From: Raillietiella orientalis
Taxonomy: Eukaryota
Reading direction: 5' to 3'
DNA: 64,000 nt
Assembly: GCA_036172245.1 (NCBI GenBank)
Contig: JAYWIR010000029.1
Location: forward strand, 1,674,001 to 1,738,000
The translations under genes were made by a program, and so were the position numbers. This document shows, piece by piece, positions 38,447 through 53,054 of the stretch (positions within the stretch are counted from its first letter, which is position 1; each line of letters starts with the position of its first letter). Under the pieces are notes generated by a model that was not told the DNA's origin, searched no databases, and was given only the letters and a program-made list of their open reading frames with translations.

Positions 38447-41400
38447 GGTGACATTATAGTATTGCCTGGAATTTAGATTAGAACACCCACGTTCCTTAAC
38501 ACTTAAGATCTGAGTGAAACTCATTAACAGATGTCAAATTATGCGCAAACTACAAAGGTAAACAATTCCAAAAACAACGTTGCAAGACTTGGGAATTAAA
38601 TCTCGGAATCCTGGGAAAATTAAAGGATAACTCTTCCCATGTAACATTCGGGACCAATGCAAGCTGACCCGAGCAGAAGTACAAGCAGCGAAGCATTAAA
38701 CATAGCATGCCAAAATATTTTCAAATGTGCATAGCATCTACGGCAAAATGTTGAAAGACTTTTTCAAACGTTTGCGTGTCAGAAACCTGAAGCGATGAAA
38801 ACTCCAAATTAGCCTCCCTCGGAAATTTTTCTGCGTTATACTATTGCAAAAGCAAGCATTTCTACCGGCTCAGAAAATACCAAACACCTGTAGGATTCAC
38901 AGAACAGTCTGTTTTGTAATTGCATTTGACACATGAATAAATCTAGTGATAAACAGAATCGCAATTTCTGTTAAATCTCTCATTTGGGGCTCATAAAGCT
39001 CGTGTACGACTAGCGATTTTCAGACACAGATTGGGTTTTAACATTCCTCAATAAGTATTCGGTTTCCATCAGATCCTTATTTGCCTGTCGATAGATACGT
39101 TCTCGATACGTCCTTTCAACAAATGTTCAACCTCATAACAGCCTAGAAGACCAAGGTAAAACTTTAAGTTCAATGCTGCTACGTGTTTGTGTGTAGTTTG
39201 GCATAATCAATTATTTAATTCCAATGCTCTTTATACAAAAACGAAAACTGGTCAAAAATTCCAATCAGTACATATTTGTGTGTTTACGTCATTACACATT
39301 TGTGCGTGTAATCCTTTCAGTCATCCGCACGAGTCGTCGTGTAAGCTGTCAAGATTAATACTCGTAATTGTAGTCTACTTGTAATGGATTCTTTATTAAT
39401 AAGTGAAAAAAAATCAATATTCGAAGATCATATCTTGGTTTTTGAGTATTCATTACTCATGTATGAAGTCTCAGCGAAAAGATTCTCTGCTTTCTATACA
39501 TTCAATCTCGACTCCGCCGCGCTTGGTGTCTTTCTGTGATTACCGATTATTCAGTCACATTTTATCAGACTTCTTAAATTGTACAGTCAGAGTAATCAAT
39601 ACATTCCACTTGGAAGATGGTGTCCTTTAAGCAACTTAGGTGCATCTATATTGGATTGTTCTATGTGGCACATTCCGATGAATGATACTCAAGGCTTGGA
39701 GATTAAGTCACTGGCCTTAGTAATACGGGCTGGAGATTAGGTCATTGACCCCTGTAATGTAAACTACATACTCATAAATTATCCTGCGATCAGTTTCAAC
39801 TTATCCACTGCTATAGATATTATGAACAAAAATTAAACCAGAAACATTTTGATTCCAGTTCTTTCTTCAATCTGGTTTGTAAACTAGAATCGTAATCTTA
39901 TTTACAAATCCAAAGTTATGCTACCAATGAGCATGTTTACATGACTTTTGATTTCAACAATGACTGCAAAGAAAAGTTTCTTTACCTACGCTCTTATCTC
40001 ATTCATATCTTATATGTTAAAACGAAGACAAAATGTCAGAAAAACCTTCATGGTTTTTATCTCCATTGGAGACCCAACTTCAAGTCCCACTAAACACGCC
40101 TTAATTTATGCTCTACAGTGTTCCCAATTGTTTTTCTGATGAGGTGATCATCTTTCGAGTTTCTTCCATGTTCTTCTTTGCAAACCGATACTTGATGTAG
40201 CATAAGAATGAATACATGGTAATATAATTATAAATACAATTTTATCCTACGTTATTTTACTGGTAAACAATATTTAAAAATTTTAACATGCAAAGCTGGG
40301 AGAATAAGCAACCAACGACAAAATCATCGTCTCATATGTAATGGAAAGGAAGACAATAAAGCAGATATTCATTGTCTGTGACTTTTCAGTGTGCATAGCT
40401 TTAGTTTTCAGTGTCGAGCATTTTAAGACATACCCCTGAAATATGTATTCAGTATGAATATTCTTCAATACGTACGCACTGTCTTCCAGATGGAAATAAC
40501 AGTCCACTACTATACTGTTTGCAGTACTGAATATCCATACATTCAAACAAATTCCTACAAAGCTACTATTAACTTGTGAGCGCAATCGTTACTAATTCTC
40601 ACCTGGCAAAGAATTCGAGCATGGGATTATCTACAAATGACATTAAATTTAAGCCGTAGTTCTCGTTTGTTTTACCATCAGTTCATGTTTCCATGGATTC
40701 CAAACTGGTATTATGTGTGCATGATTTTACCTGAAACTTATTTCGTTGCACTTTTCAAATTACTTCCAATAGCAATTTATTAATTACATTCTCGTAAAAT
40801 GAACGTTGGAACTCATTATTTTGGTTCATTCATTTCTTTCATTTTTTTTTTCTCATCCCTTTTATGATAACTGCAGCTATTGCTTTTACATACAGAAACG
40901 TTGGCTAGTTCTCGTGAATAACTTTACATTTAGGAATAGCATCCATAAATACTCCGTCTTGAAGACAAATGTTTTTAAACAGTTCACAGTATCTAGATTG
41001 TACGAAATAAGTGGGGTATAATAACAGATCAATTAGCAGACTTCTTTTATATATACCTTTCCATTATAAGTTTCTTGCTTATCGTTTTCAGTATTTACAC
41101 TGCCATCAGACCTGCTTATCCTTGAAGTCTATAATTATTGAATATTGCAGCCTTTTTTCTAATAGTTGTCAGTAACGCCTACATTCACTCCTACAAACTA
41201 AGAGTTTTACCTCAAAACTATTTATTGATGTACCACATTTCCCGTTTAGATTACAAAATAAACAATGCATTTCCATCCAAGTAATCTTGAAACTACTGCG
41301 AAAAATGGTAAATTCAGGCCTACTGTAGTTTTTTCAGACACGCAGTTTACCTTCCCAAACTCTTAGTTTGCATGGTTCCCGTTATCATTATTTGCTAAGA

Positions 41401-44092
41401 TTTTCGCAAAAACATGAATTCAGCGGAATTCAGTTTCAAGTTTATGCTGAAGAGTCATCGATTCCCTTATGGCACACAGACAAAAAAAAAGCAAAACAGA
41501 CAAAAGAACTGTGATAGATCGTCAAATGTGAAAAATTTCAACTGGATTACTGAATGCTAAATAGTATAAAAATGAAGTAGTTGCCGGAGGAATTGATAGG
41601 TAGACATGGAAGTTCACAGTTACGAAGAAATTAATAAGTGATAATATTGTGTGTCCTATTTTCTAATGACAAAATAAATGAAATTTTCGCTTGTATAATT
41701 GAGGACAGTCTTTTCTCCTCTCTGAGCAACATAAAAAATCTTTTGAAAAGCATTTGAAACAGGCGATCAAAGCCAGGATTCAAACAAGATAAATACTTCG
41801 GGAAAGCTCCTGAAAGCTCTGCGAATGTGGTTAAATGATGGAATAAATAAATATCAAAGGTAGTCAAAGATTTCACACACATAATTCTTTTTTGTTTTTG
41901 TTAAACTGTCTACTTGATGGGACAATTTGTAAACTACTAAAATCCGTGATGGCCTAGAAGTGGCTGCTACATCCGTTCTGAACCATCCACATATTTGAAA
42001 TGCTTCAATTTTTTAGAAATCTTGGGAAAAAGGAGGTAGGAAACCAAGTTTTTTAAATTGCAATCTTTGCCTGCAGAAAACAAGGGATGCCTTTTAAACT
42101 GACTCTATAAAATTCTTGAGAATTTTAAATCATGAAAAACGGAATATAAAGTGTGTTAACACTAAGGAACCGACTAAAGTCATGATTAAGAGTTTATTCA
42201 TATAGTCGTGAAAATAAGTTTAGTTTTAGAGGGATCCTATAGAGAGTCAGAAAGTTGGAATTTTTACTCTAGCATGAGATATTTTTTGTTTTTATTTTCT
42301 ATAACTAGTCTTGTAACTTGAAGAATATAAAGGGTACATTCATGGTTTTCCTATCATACACGAATTACAAACATAATGCACACTTTTAAATTATTTAATG
42401 TTAGATTGTTTTATAGATATGCACCTAATGAATGAGTTCACAACTTGTACAATTTTAAAAGTGATATTGTGTTATTAGACTATAGTGAACGTCATGATCT
42501 CCTAACGTCTATAATTCCGATGAGTTGGGAAGTGTTGTAAACGTAATCTTCAAACTTGAAAATTTTCATTTGATGAAGATCTAATTTACTTAACTGCATT
42601 AGGAATTGAAACTTCCATTTTGAATTTGAGAAATAATAATCATTTATTCTCGATGTTTTAAAATCAACTCTCTGTAATACTGAGCAATTTCCGAAACTAA
42701 TCAGGCATCAGTCACTGGTAATTGCTCAAATAGACGTTGAATAAAAAAGAGATTATCATACAGATATAATCAGCACTTTTGAAACAAATATTCACATGAT
42801 TTTTGCTCTTTCGAAGATCATAATATAACCCAAAGTGTACTAATAAGGCTCTGCTGATGTAACTTTATGGCATCTTAATTATTTTGGAAATATTATAATG
42901 AATAAAAAAACTTGCGGCAGACTAAAAAGGTGCAGACTGAGGAGTTTGCTTTATTAGAAATTCATGTACCTCATTTTAATGAAATTCTATTCTAATCTTT
43001 TATTCCATTGATCAGTAATGAAGTTAAAAGCAAAGAGAGTTTTGTAATACCCCGTGCTTCCATTTTCTAAAAAAAAAATTGCTAATGAATGTTCCTTTTG
43101 TTTATAATATTTAATGAAATTACATTTCTCAAAATGGCATTTTCTGATATATACTTCAACTTACCACCGAATCCTGGAATTGAACATACCGATGGTCTTG
43201 GAACAAAGCATTTATTCGTGGTATTTTCTGTTGAGTTCTCTTAATGGATAACATGATCATCGCAAACATTCCCAGGATAGGTTCGGAAATGGTTGTCAGG
43301 TACCACATTTCAAAAACGTTAGAAAATATAATTTTCTTTCTGTGAGTCTCTATACACGTATCTTTGTTGGAATATAAATAATAACTATATCCAAATTCTT
43401 TTCTGGTATGCTAATTCCTAGGATGCGACACATTGCTTTCCAATATGCTGGTTATTTAAAAACAAGTCATCTAAACCATGAGCTGTTTGATTAATTAATT
43501 ATTGAACTGCATTTTCTTTTCTGAGTGCTACTCATATACTTCCAGTGCATGCTAATTTTTGTAGTTCAGTAAATGCATTTTTGTTCATGTGGAAGTTTGA
43601 GAAATGATATGTCCACTGGGCCATCATTCTCGCAAATTGAAGTCTTTGAATAGCTTCCATGTCATTGTAATAAAGAATAGCGTTCTGATAGAAATTGTTC
43701 CTCACCAAATATCTGAGATTCTTCGAAGGGTTTCTGATTATGCAGCATCAAGTTGCGAGAAGAAATCGACTGACGAAGGTTTAAATCTAAAAGTGGAGGA
43801 AAATTCGAATCACTGAGAATAGGAACTTTTATCTGGTTTGTCTGAATATGCACCACAATGTTTTACCCGGCAATCAAATCATCTACATGGATCATTTTAA
43901 TTATAGCATAATTCGTTACTGACTTTAAAACGTGCTGTGTTCCATGCATTTGAAGTTTTTTTTTGTGTTGCAGTCATGCAGCATGAAAAGTGATCGCGAT
44001 AGTGCTGAGCTCATCAGCTAAGCAAATTTGTAATCGGGTCACGTGTGAAGGGCTTGGCACGTCAACTTAGTGGTCACATCGTGAAAATGGTT

Positions 44093-46863
44093 ATGGTGAG
44101 CATATTGAGCATATTTTATGAAGTTTTTAGTACGATTTTCATTGTTCGTTTTATACTAGGGAAAGCATGGGAACTGTACTTTAACTGTATTGGGTTTATG
44201 AATGTTTCGATCCATATTAGATGATGCTAGCGGCAGCCATAGGAAATAAAGAATAAGCTACCCCTCAGGTTCTGGGGTCGTCGAAATGAGTATTAAAATT
44301 ATCTTACGGATTTAAAGGGATTATATTCGTAATTTCCTTTGAAGGCTTATGCAAAATGGCTACATATGAGTCATATGCATGTTAGTGACATCGAGTGGCT
44401 GGAATTTGGTTTTTAAGCTCATACAATGCACTGTACGCGTATGCAAAGTATACCATATTTTGGTCTCAACTGCAAGTGTTTCAAATTGCAATAACTTGTC
44501 ATTTGATGAATCAGGTGTTTTTTACAGTTTGTGTTAGCTTATGATTTTCCTAAATGCAGAAAGACGTTTCTTAAAGTATATCGTATTCACCGTTTTCAAA
44601 TTTACTTGGAGCATACAATATGTAGAATATATCCAATCTGAACTAACTATCGTTGACTACGGAATTTTTGTTTGCTAGATTTCATGTACATGTAAAATTG
44701 GGACCGAAAGTAAAAACTTTATGTTGTTAAAACAAGAATATTTATAAAGTAGAAATGAGAGTTCATGTATTTCTGGTGGAAACAGGTTGTAGTTGTGCAC
44801 CATTTTTACTTTGAAAGTACTGCTGCAGTTTTAAATGAAAAACTTTGAAATTTGTGCATTTAGTAACATTTCAAGAATATAATTGGAAATTGCGTCGTTG
44901 CTTTATTGATTGTTACTGTATAGATACATGGGTAATTCCTATATTCAAACCATGACTAAAACATAATTGCCATGCATTCCTGAATAAAATTGGCATTTTT
45001 TTTAGGCTGGATATACAGAAGAACAATTGGCAGGTAAGTTATCTCAGGTAGATCCACTGGTTTATTCCAGTTTTATGTAAAGAGTATCAAGAGGCTTTCC
45101 AATTATTTGATAATAAGGGAGATAATAAAATTCTTGTGTCTCACATTGGAGATGTGTTGAGAGCCCTTGGGAAGAATCCAACAGAATCAGAAGTAAAAAA
45201 AGTATGCCACGAGTACAAACCTGGTATGCTAATTCAAAGTATCTAATTTATATTTTGAATCACATTTTCTTGCTCAATCTTCTTGAATTGTTATTTTGAA
45301 TTTAACTAAAATGCAGCAGGAATGTGCCAACAATGAAAGTGAGACTAAAGAACCTTTCTGAAAAATGGGCCAAGCAATAATTGGCATGATAATAGGCAAA
45401 TGTATTACTGTTCTTTTATTTAAGTATTTGCTTTTGTATAGTTTGTTTTGAGGCAATATTCTCGATATTTTCACATATGCAAATTATGAAACCTCTAATG
45501 TAAAATAATTCTTTCATAATTTACACAGAAATCTAAGTGGTGGTATGATGTGAATAGAAGCAGCTTTAATTTCGTAATGAACTTTTTGATATGCATTGTT
45601 AAACATTGTAAAAATTAATAGATACCAAGAGTTTTTCAGTCCTTGTTAAACATGAGAGAATTACATTCAAATGTATATGCAACCACAATGCATGTGATCA
45701 TATTTTGATTTTCAGATGAAAGGGTTTCATTTGAAGTATTTCTACCCATTCTGCAGGGTATAAGCAAAACTCCACATAACAACACAGCTGATGATTTCAT
45801 TGAAGGTCTTCGTCATTTTGATAATGATAGCAATGGTTTCATTTCTTCTGCCGAACTGAGGCATTTACTGACTACTTTGGGTGAGTCTCCCAGTATAATT
45901 TATGCATACATGATCATGAGCTAGTACTTTTTCATTAACTGGTATTCATCATGGTTCAAAGTGCACTGGACTTACTCCAAAGTTTCTGTTTCACTAAGAA
46001 CACAGAATACGGACTCAATCAGATAACTTTTTTGTATCAAGGATACAAATGGGAAATACTGTTTGGGTCATTATATTTTTTCTTCATTATTTATATTTTG
46101 CCAATGTATCTGTGTTTCAGAAACTTTAGAATTTTCTATGTTAGTGTGTATTGGAGCCCAGTATAACCATTTTGCTGTTTCTGCTTATGTGTTTACTTTG
46201 ATGTCATTCAGTATAAGGTGAACCATGATTTCTGTAGTGTGCATTTGTGGTATCTTTTTCATTGTTATGCACTGTTCTCCATGAAAGTGGAGGCACTGTT
46301 AATTAGGTTTACTGCTTTATCAGAGCCCAAAGTTCATGATGTGCCCACAGTCCCTGTGATTTCAAGTCGATCTTTTATTTTGTTGCATAGAATTTTTTTT
46401 TACATTTAAACACTTTCAGTGAACTCTAGCAACATTGACTGACTGAGGATCACCATAAAACTATTTTTAAAGACTTTAATTTTAGACTTGTGCTTAGTCT
46501 TGAGAAAATGTGCTGGATTAATCAGAAATTGCTTCCAATGGTTATGAAGCAGTTTTCATTTTCTGGTGTTCCTACTTTCAAAAGTTGCCAATCTTGAAGT
46601 AGCATAGGTGATTTAGTTGGGTTTTCAAGGATGCTTCAGTAGTTATTATGATACACAAATATTCATTCGTATTTGAACATAAAGAGAAATGTGAACAATC
46701 AAAGAAATGTTTTTATGCGTAGTTTGTTGTTTAAATCCGTTTGTTTTGATTTTCAGGTGAGAAACTCACAGATGAGGAAGTGGAACAATTGCTTCAAGGA
46801 CATGAAGATTCCCAAGGAAATGTTAATTATGAAGAGTTTGTCCGTGCCATTGTTAATGGTTAA
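44093..46863 (+). CDS. Mlc-c: Non-muscle myosin essential light chain (Mlc-c/MYL6-like, EF-hand), 5 exons
   Basis: Spliced protein [24 protein letters not shown]...[15 protein letters not shown]...FEVFLPI...[11 protein letters not shown]...[23 protein letters not shown]...VNYEEFVR. Exons 45006-45033, 45083-45223, 45716-45880, 46757-46863. The initiator ATG is inferred at 44093-44095 (ATG|gtgagc) and is less certain. Confidence 0.9.
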
Positions 46864-49800
46864 TAACATGCTTCTCATAACAATTTCTGTGCTTACTGGA
46901 TGGTGCAAAAGCAGCTTTTTATTAGATTAGGCAATTCAGAAACTCTCAGTAAAATTTAGGTATTTATTTTTATATTAAAGTGTGGAATAGAACTCTAATA
47001 AGGCCTTTTACCCAAATAAACTATATGATCAGTTTTTTCCATTTTTGATGCAAGTGTTGGTTGGTTGGTTGTTTTATCAGCAATTCAATATTTATGTATC
47101 TGAAACTTTGGACGATTTACTTTAAACATTACTTGTGTGTATAAACAAGTGAAAAATTCTGAATGGACTGTATATATACATACAAACATACATATGTACA
47201 TAAACAGATCAACACACCCATGTATGTATTATGCATTTGTTGTGTTGCTTAATTTTAGTTGATGCAGTGAGCAATGTGCATCCCTTTTGATAATCTTATT
47301 TGTGATAATGCATTACAGATTTGAGGGGTATAAGTTGAGGTATCCACGAAGCTTTGGTTTCCTATCCATTTTCCTTTCATTTCAGTGTATTTACCTAAGA
47401 GGGTTTGATATACCAGTCTGATAAAGTGGAAAAGCTAGGTGGTGATACACAAGAACCTTAGAGTTTTGCCCTAAATATCTAAATCTTATTATATTATATA
47501 AACAAGCAAATAGCAGAGATTCAAATGAACTCTTTGCACTGTTGATGATTTATTATCAATATGCAAGCTACATATGGATAATAAATCAATAGTAGCTTGC
47601 ATCATGAAAGTGCAAGCAATTATCAAAAAACTGTAACTTCATGAACTATGTTATTTCTAAGAAAAATTGTTGGAGAAACCTATGCTTAACACTGCAGTAA
47701 TTCAATAACAAACAAAGCCCTAGAAAGTCTTGCCAAATTTCACTTAATAATATTGCGAATCCCAGATCTTTGAGATGCTTCTTTTGAAAATTTTTCACTT
47801 CTGCCAAATGGACAAGTGTTTAACTCCATGCTGATCATTGTTTTCTTGTTTTCTAGGTATTTTCTAGTACTTATCTGCTTCAGTTGCTCCTTTTCTATGC
47901 ATAGTAAGTAACAGTTTGCAACAATCAATCAAACAAAACAGTAGTAATTACATAAAAACAATTTTGATCATTGGGAGTGGAAATAGGCCCACGAAATTAC
48001 AGCTTTCATCAGAATTCGTATTCCGAAATTTCGAGTGCTTGCTAAAAACATGCAAGGTTGGTTGCATGCACAGATCAATGCGAATACTTTGAGTAGCGAA
48101 GCACCGCAAGTAAGGCAAACGAAGGATTCAATTTATCATAGACACACTATAGTTCGGTCGGATTAGAAGTTACTAGTAAAGTATCCCAGGGATGTAACTG
48201 TAGAAATTGGTTAGCAAAGAACAATGCCGGTGCAACCTATAGGAGAACCGAGAAAAGACGGTCACACGCTTGAAGGGAACTTTTTTCTGAAACAGTTTCC
48301 ATTTTATGAAATTTTCCATTCATGAAATGCAAAAGGCAAGTGCAAGGTTTTACACTTTCACCACGGACCAAAGTCACCTTTTCAAGTGACTCTCGGTTCC
48401 CTTCAAGGCAGAGAGCAGCCTGTCACGGTTACTCATGCAACACGGAAGTCTCCAATTACTGATGAAGAATCAGTGATAAAATGACACTCTTAATTAATGG
48501 TGAACACCACCACCACAGTGGTGCCTCGATTTCAGTACTTTTACTCAGGTCTCGCGTGAACTATTGATGTAATGTCGAGAAGCTGAATCGTCATTCTTAT
48601 CATAATTCCGTTTTTCCCGACCACAAAGTTGGTTGGCGACTTCTCTGCCGCAGGCTTTGTGCGTCGTTGGTGTGCAGTCGCTGTGACCGTTTTGCACGAT
48701 TGGGTGCGTCATCGGAATCGAAAATGATTGCGAACCCTCCAATCGTCGCCGATTCGTTTTAAATTTTTTTTAGAAGCATCGGCTCTATGGAAAGGGCGAT
48801 TTCAAGTTAAAATCAGATGGCATAGTGTGAAAGGAAATCCATTGTTGGGGCACATTTGGCAACAATCCACGGTTTACTTTGTACATTTATTTTATTTGAC
48901 ACGATTTTTGCGGTAGGAAGCTTTTCGGCTGTCTCAGTGGAGGATCTCGGTCCAGCATTACAAGCATGAAGAGATCAGTCCTCATATTATCGGTTTCCTC
49001 TCTTGCTGCAGCTCTTTCCTATGCAGGCTATCACCAGTATCACTCAGGTAAAAAAAAGGAAGATAGCGAGCAGTTCAAAAGTATCAAGAGTCGCTTGACG
49101 TCCAAAATGGATTAAGGGAGCAACAGTAAGTTCTGTCTGTCATCCTCATTCATCACAAAAAAAAAAAAAAAAAAAGACCTTGTTCCGAGAATTCTCCCCA
49201 TTCTCATTTCAAGTGATAGAGTGAGTTTCAGCACATAATTGGTTTTGATGTTTGAATTATTTTAGAACCAGATCGCAAATGAGCAAATACTTCCCCAAGT
49301 TTTTTTCTTGACTGCTGCAATAATCAGTGCGGGATGGAATAGGCTCGGTTCTTCTTCAGCACGTAATTTGCGGAAAGAAAGATAACAAACGCGAAAAATT
49401 TATGAACCAAAAAGTTCTTACAACTCATTTGTGAGACTCTGATCATCTGTAAAGCGTGTAAAGATTTGCAAACACGGAACACCTAGGAAAGATTTGCCTT
49501 CTAACGAAATCAAAAAGAAGAAGCTTCTTTACTAACAAGAACTTTCGAGGCGATTTCACTTCCACCCTACTTCTAAATTAGAACTTCTCGCCGCAACAAA
49601 GATTTTTCCATCACATTTCTTCCCCCCCCCCTTTACGAACAGAACGCAGAGTTTAGAGGGTGCACGAGTTATTTTGTTTTCCAATTGATGTGGGCTTATG
49701 AATAACATGTCGAACTCTCGGTAGACCTTCAAATTCCGAAGTCCTTCAGTGATCACAAGAAAAACCTAAAAATGCATTGTGCAATCGGATGGAAATAATT

Positions 49801-52800
49801 ATTATTCCAGTATATTTGGAATAGACGAAAGCAGTTCTCCTCATGAGACAGTGGGGGAATAATCTCTCAATTCCGACGACTAAGTGACCACTGCTGACCT
49901 GACTATCACGAATATCATGGCGTTATTTTCTTTTATATTTCTATATGTGTACATTGTAATCGTCATGCTTCTCCCCACAAAATTTTTGATTCCCACTCAT
50001 ATGACACGGAAGTCTTTCGAAAAAAAAGCCTTATCGATTAAACGAGAAAATAACGTATTTGTCTCGTACTACAGTCAATGATACTATAGGTGGCATTTAT
50101 CTAAAACAAATGAAACAATAATAAGATGAAGCACAAATGACACACAGACAATAACAGAAAGAAAACTTAAATGAACGATAAAAGCAACCTCGTTTTTATA
50201 CATATACAAAGGAATATACGAATAGATACCCATGAATCATGCAAAGTAAGCAATGAAATTAAGGTGATGCTACAGTGTTTCGAAAATGCAGGATTACGGA
50301 AGAACAAAAATCCTAGATTCAAATTGTACAACAGCTACGCGTGAACAAAGTTGCAATTAGAAACCAATAAACGCGAACAAACGATTAAGTGACAAAGAAC
50401 CCTCAGGAAATTTGAATAGGGCATCAGTTCTCTCTGCTACAAGAAAAAATGATTTGACAAAAAAATACTGAGAAATGGTAAAAACACTGAAATTATCATC
50501 ATATAATTGCGCTGTCTACTACACAACGTAACTGAGATAATGATAGCGTATTAAGGATGTAGCTATCCTTAAGAGGAAAATGCTGATGTCATGTTAGAAA
50601 TAAGGAGGAAAACGATTACACGAACTATATTATATACATACAAAACTGTGCTTCTGAATATTTTAAATTTTCAGTCGTAAGAGTCAAAAATTTAAAACAT
50701 TTAGAATCAGTCTTGAAGGTTGGTTCGGAGTTTTCTTTCATCTGAATTTATCGTTCTTTTCGACGAATTTGAGAACCGGTTGGAAAACATTTCAAATGTA
50801 ACTTGATCTCTGTAATGTATCACGTATTATTTTAGTTTTCTGAAGGATCTTATGTTAACAGTGTGAAAATCATATGGTAAATTCAGCACGGGTATAATAC
50901 GTTTCTTTCATAGTGTTTATGTGACTTTTTTTTCATTTTTAGGTGTCTATACTCCTAAGAAAGAGGGACTTGTGAACAATTGTTGCTACAGACAGATTTT
51001 TGTTTCTCATCTGATTTTCCATCTATCGAAAAATCATCGCTTTTGCACCGAGTAGATATACCGAATCTGAGGTTTTTAGGTATGAAAAAGACAGAGAAAC
51101 CGTCCTCGTATTACTATCGATAATTTTCACAGTTTCGCCGATAACCCCGACTAATGAAGGCATTCATTTCCACTATGGAATATCTGAATATGAATGCAGT
51201 GATTTCAGATTCATACTGAATTTTCGCTTTCATATGTCTTAAGGGGCAGATTTCTGAATAATGATGAATGTACAAGTACTGTCGTAGTACTCAGCGTAAA
51301 ACTGCACCAGAAAACGTGGAGCAGAGCGTTATTTTAGCACTCATGTCGAAAAAGTTGATTCTTAGTTCTGTTTACTTTCATGATACTGAGATAGTCATGA
51401 CAAATGTGCGGATTGAAAAAAGAATTGTGATGAATGTTATCCGATGCTTGAAAATCTTATTTAGTTACTTCATTTACAGCATGCACTGCATCCACAAATG
51501 CATCTGCTAGATGCAGCATCATGGACAAAAAATTGACATTGGAACCAGGACCAAAAGAAAATTTTGTTAATGACTACTATACAAAAATAACATATTGAGC
51601 ACAATAAATCGTTCTGTAGATAAGAATAGGTTTTCCCTTGATTGAGTTTGGTGGCTGCGTGGTGGGGAATCGAAGTTGTGAACATTGCAAATGAAATGGA
51701 GAAATGTTTGCATTTAAGGGAAACGGAAATACGAACGTTTACTGTGTGATTTAGTTTACTTACTGTGGGACATGAACGTCTTTCATTTCCTTTTAGAATG
51801 TAAACGAAAACCTCAGTCCCCAAACGTACGCGATGTACTCTGAGAGCACTGAACTATTTGTACAAAAAAAAAAGGAAAATTACAGCAAAGTAGATAATCA
51901 ACGTTCTCATTTATATGCAAGTTGGATTTATTTCAAGTAATGTACTGTGATGCAATGACTGTTATCGACACACTTCATGTTTATGCATTTTTTGAAATTC
52001 GATTCATTTTGGATATTTTTGTATTTGTGGCACATGACACACAGAACTGTCGGAATCTGTCTAATGTAAATGTAAATGTTTCCGAATTTTTTTTCATTAA
52101 AACATGAATATAGAAAAAAAAAGTGTTGAGAATATTTGCAAACAGTAATGTATTACTTTGCAACATAAAAGGAATCGTGATCCCTGTGGATACGAGTTTT
52201 TGAATAAGTTCACTTTGTTATTTATCATCAGTATTCACATAACCCATGTGAACTTTTATAGACACGTGAACGGATACAAGAGCACACGTAAAGTATAAAT
52301 TGTTTCTAAATGAACCTTTATCTTTGAACAGAAACTTCACTGATGCACACTACAAATACCTAGTTGGAATTTAATATTTTGGAGTATAAACAAGCCCAAA
52401 GGGGATAAAACAAAACCATCTCTTTATGCATACATAAATAAATAACCAAAAACAGAATACCCAAAACTCAGATAGGAACTCCTGCAGATCAACATGGAAT
52501 TTGTGGCATTATTTTTTGAAACCTTAAACCAAATCAGGTATCAATAAGCACTAATATAATGAAGAAAGTTTGAAGACCAAAAAACATGTCAAAGTTGCTT
52601 CTTAACAGGAACAGTGCCAATCATAGCTAATTTTTTTATTGAAGAATTAAATGAACTCGACAGTAAGTTTTGTGTCCCTACATGCAATGGAAGTCTTCAG
52701 TTTCCTATGATAATAATCTAAATGCCACACTACTTTTTTATATTCCATGTTTTTGTTAAAGTTATTTATTTATTATTAAAGTCATATTAAGTTTATTAAT

Positions 52801-53054
52801 TTCCTAGTGAAGTTCTGAATGCCACTCTCACCTTTCACAAACACTGTTATTTTTTATCTGTAAGTATTCAACATCAATACTGTATTCCAAAATGAGAAAG
52901 AATCCTTCTCTGAATAGCTCATTATTTCCCAACAAGGTTACATCATTAAATAATGAAATCTTTAATCTTCATTTGAACATATTTCTTCCAGGATAATTCC
53001 TGGATAATCTGAGCATTCTCAAAGAATGTCAGGGCTTATCAATGGACACACACA

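Noticed and set aside
44928..44936. ATG with nearby GTAATT as first exon of the myosin light chain
   Set aside because: Splicing ATGG to 45006 is out of frame; ATG|gtgagc at 44093 fits.
48516..48530. Tigger/pogo-like terminal sequence CAGTGGTGCCTCG
   Set aside because: No TA target site, partner repeat or transposase found.
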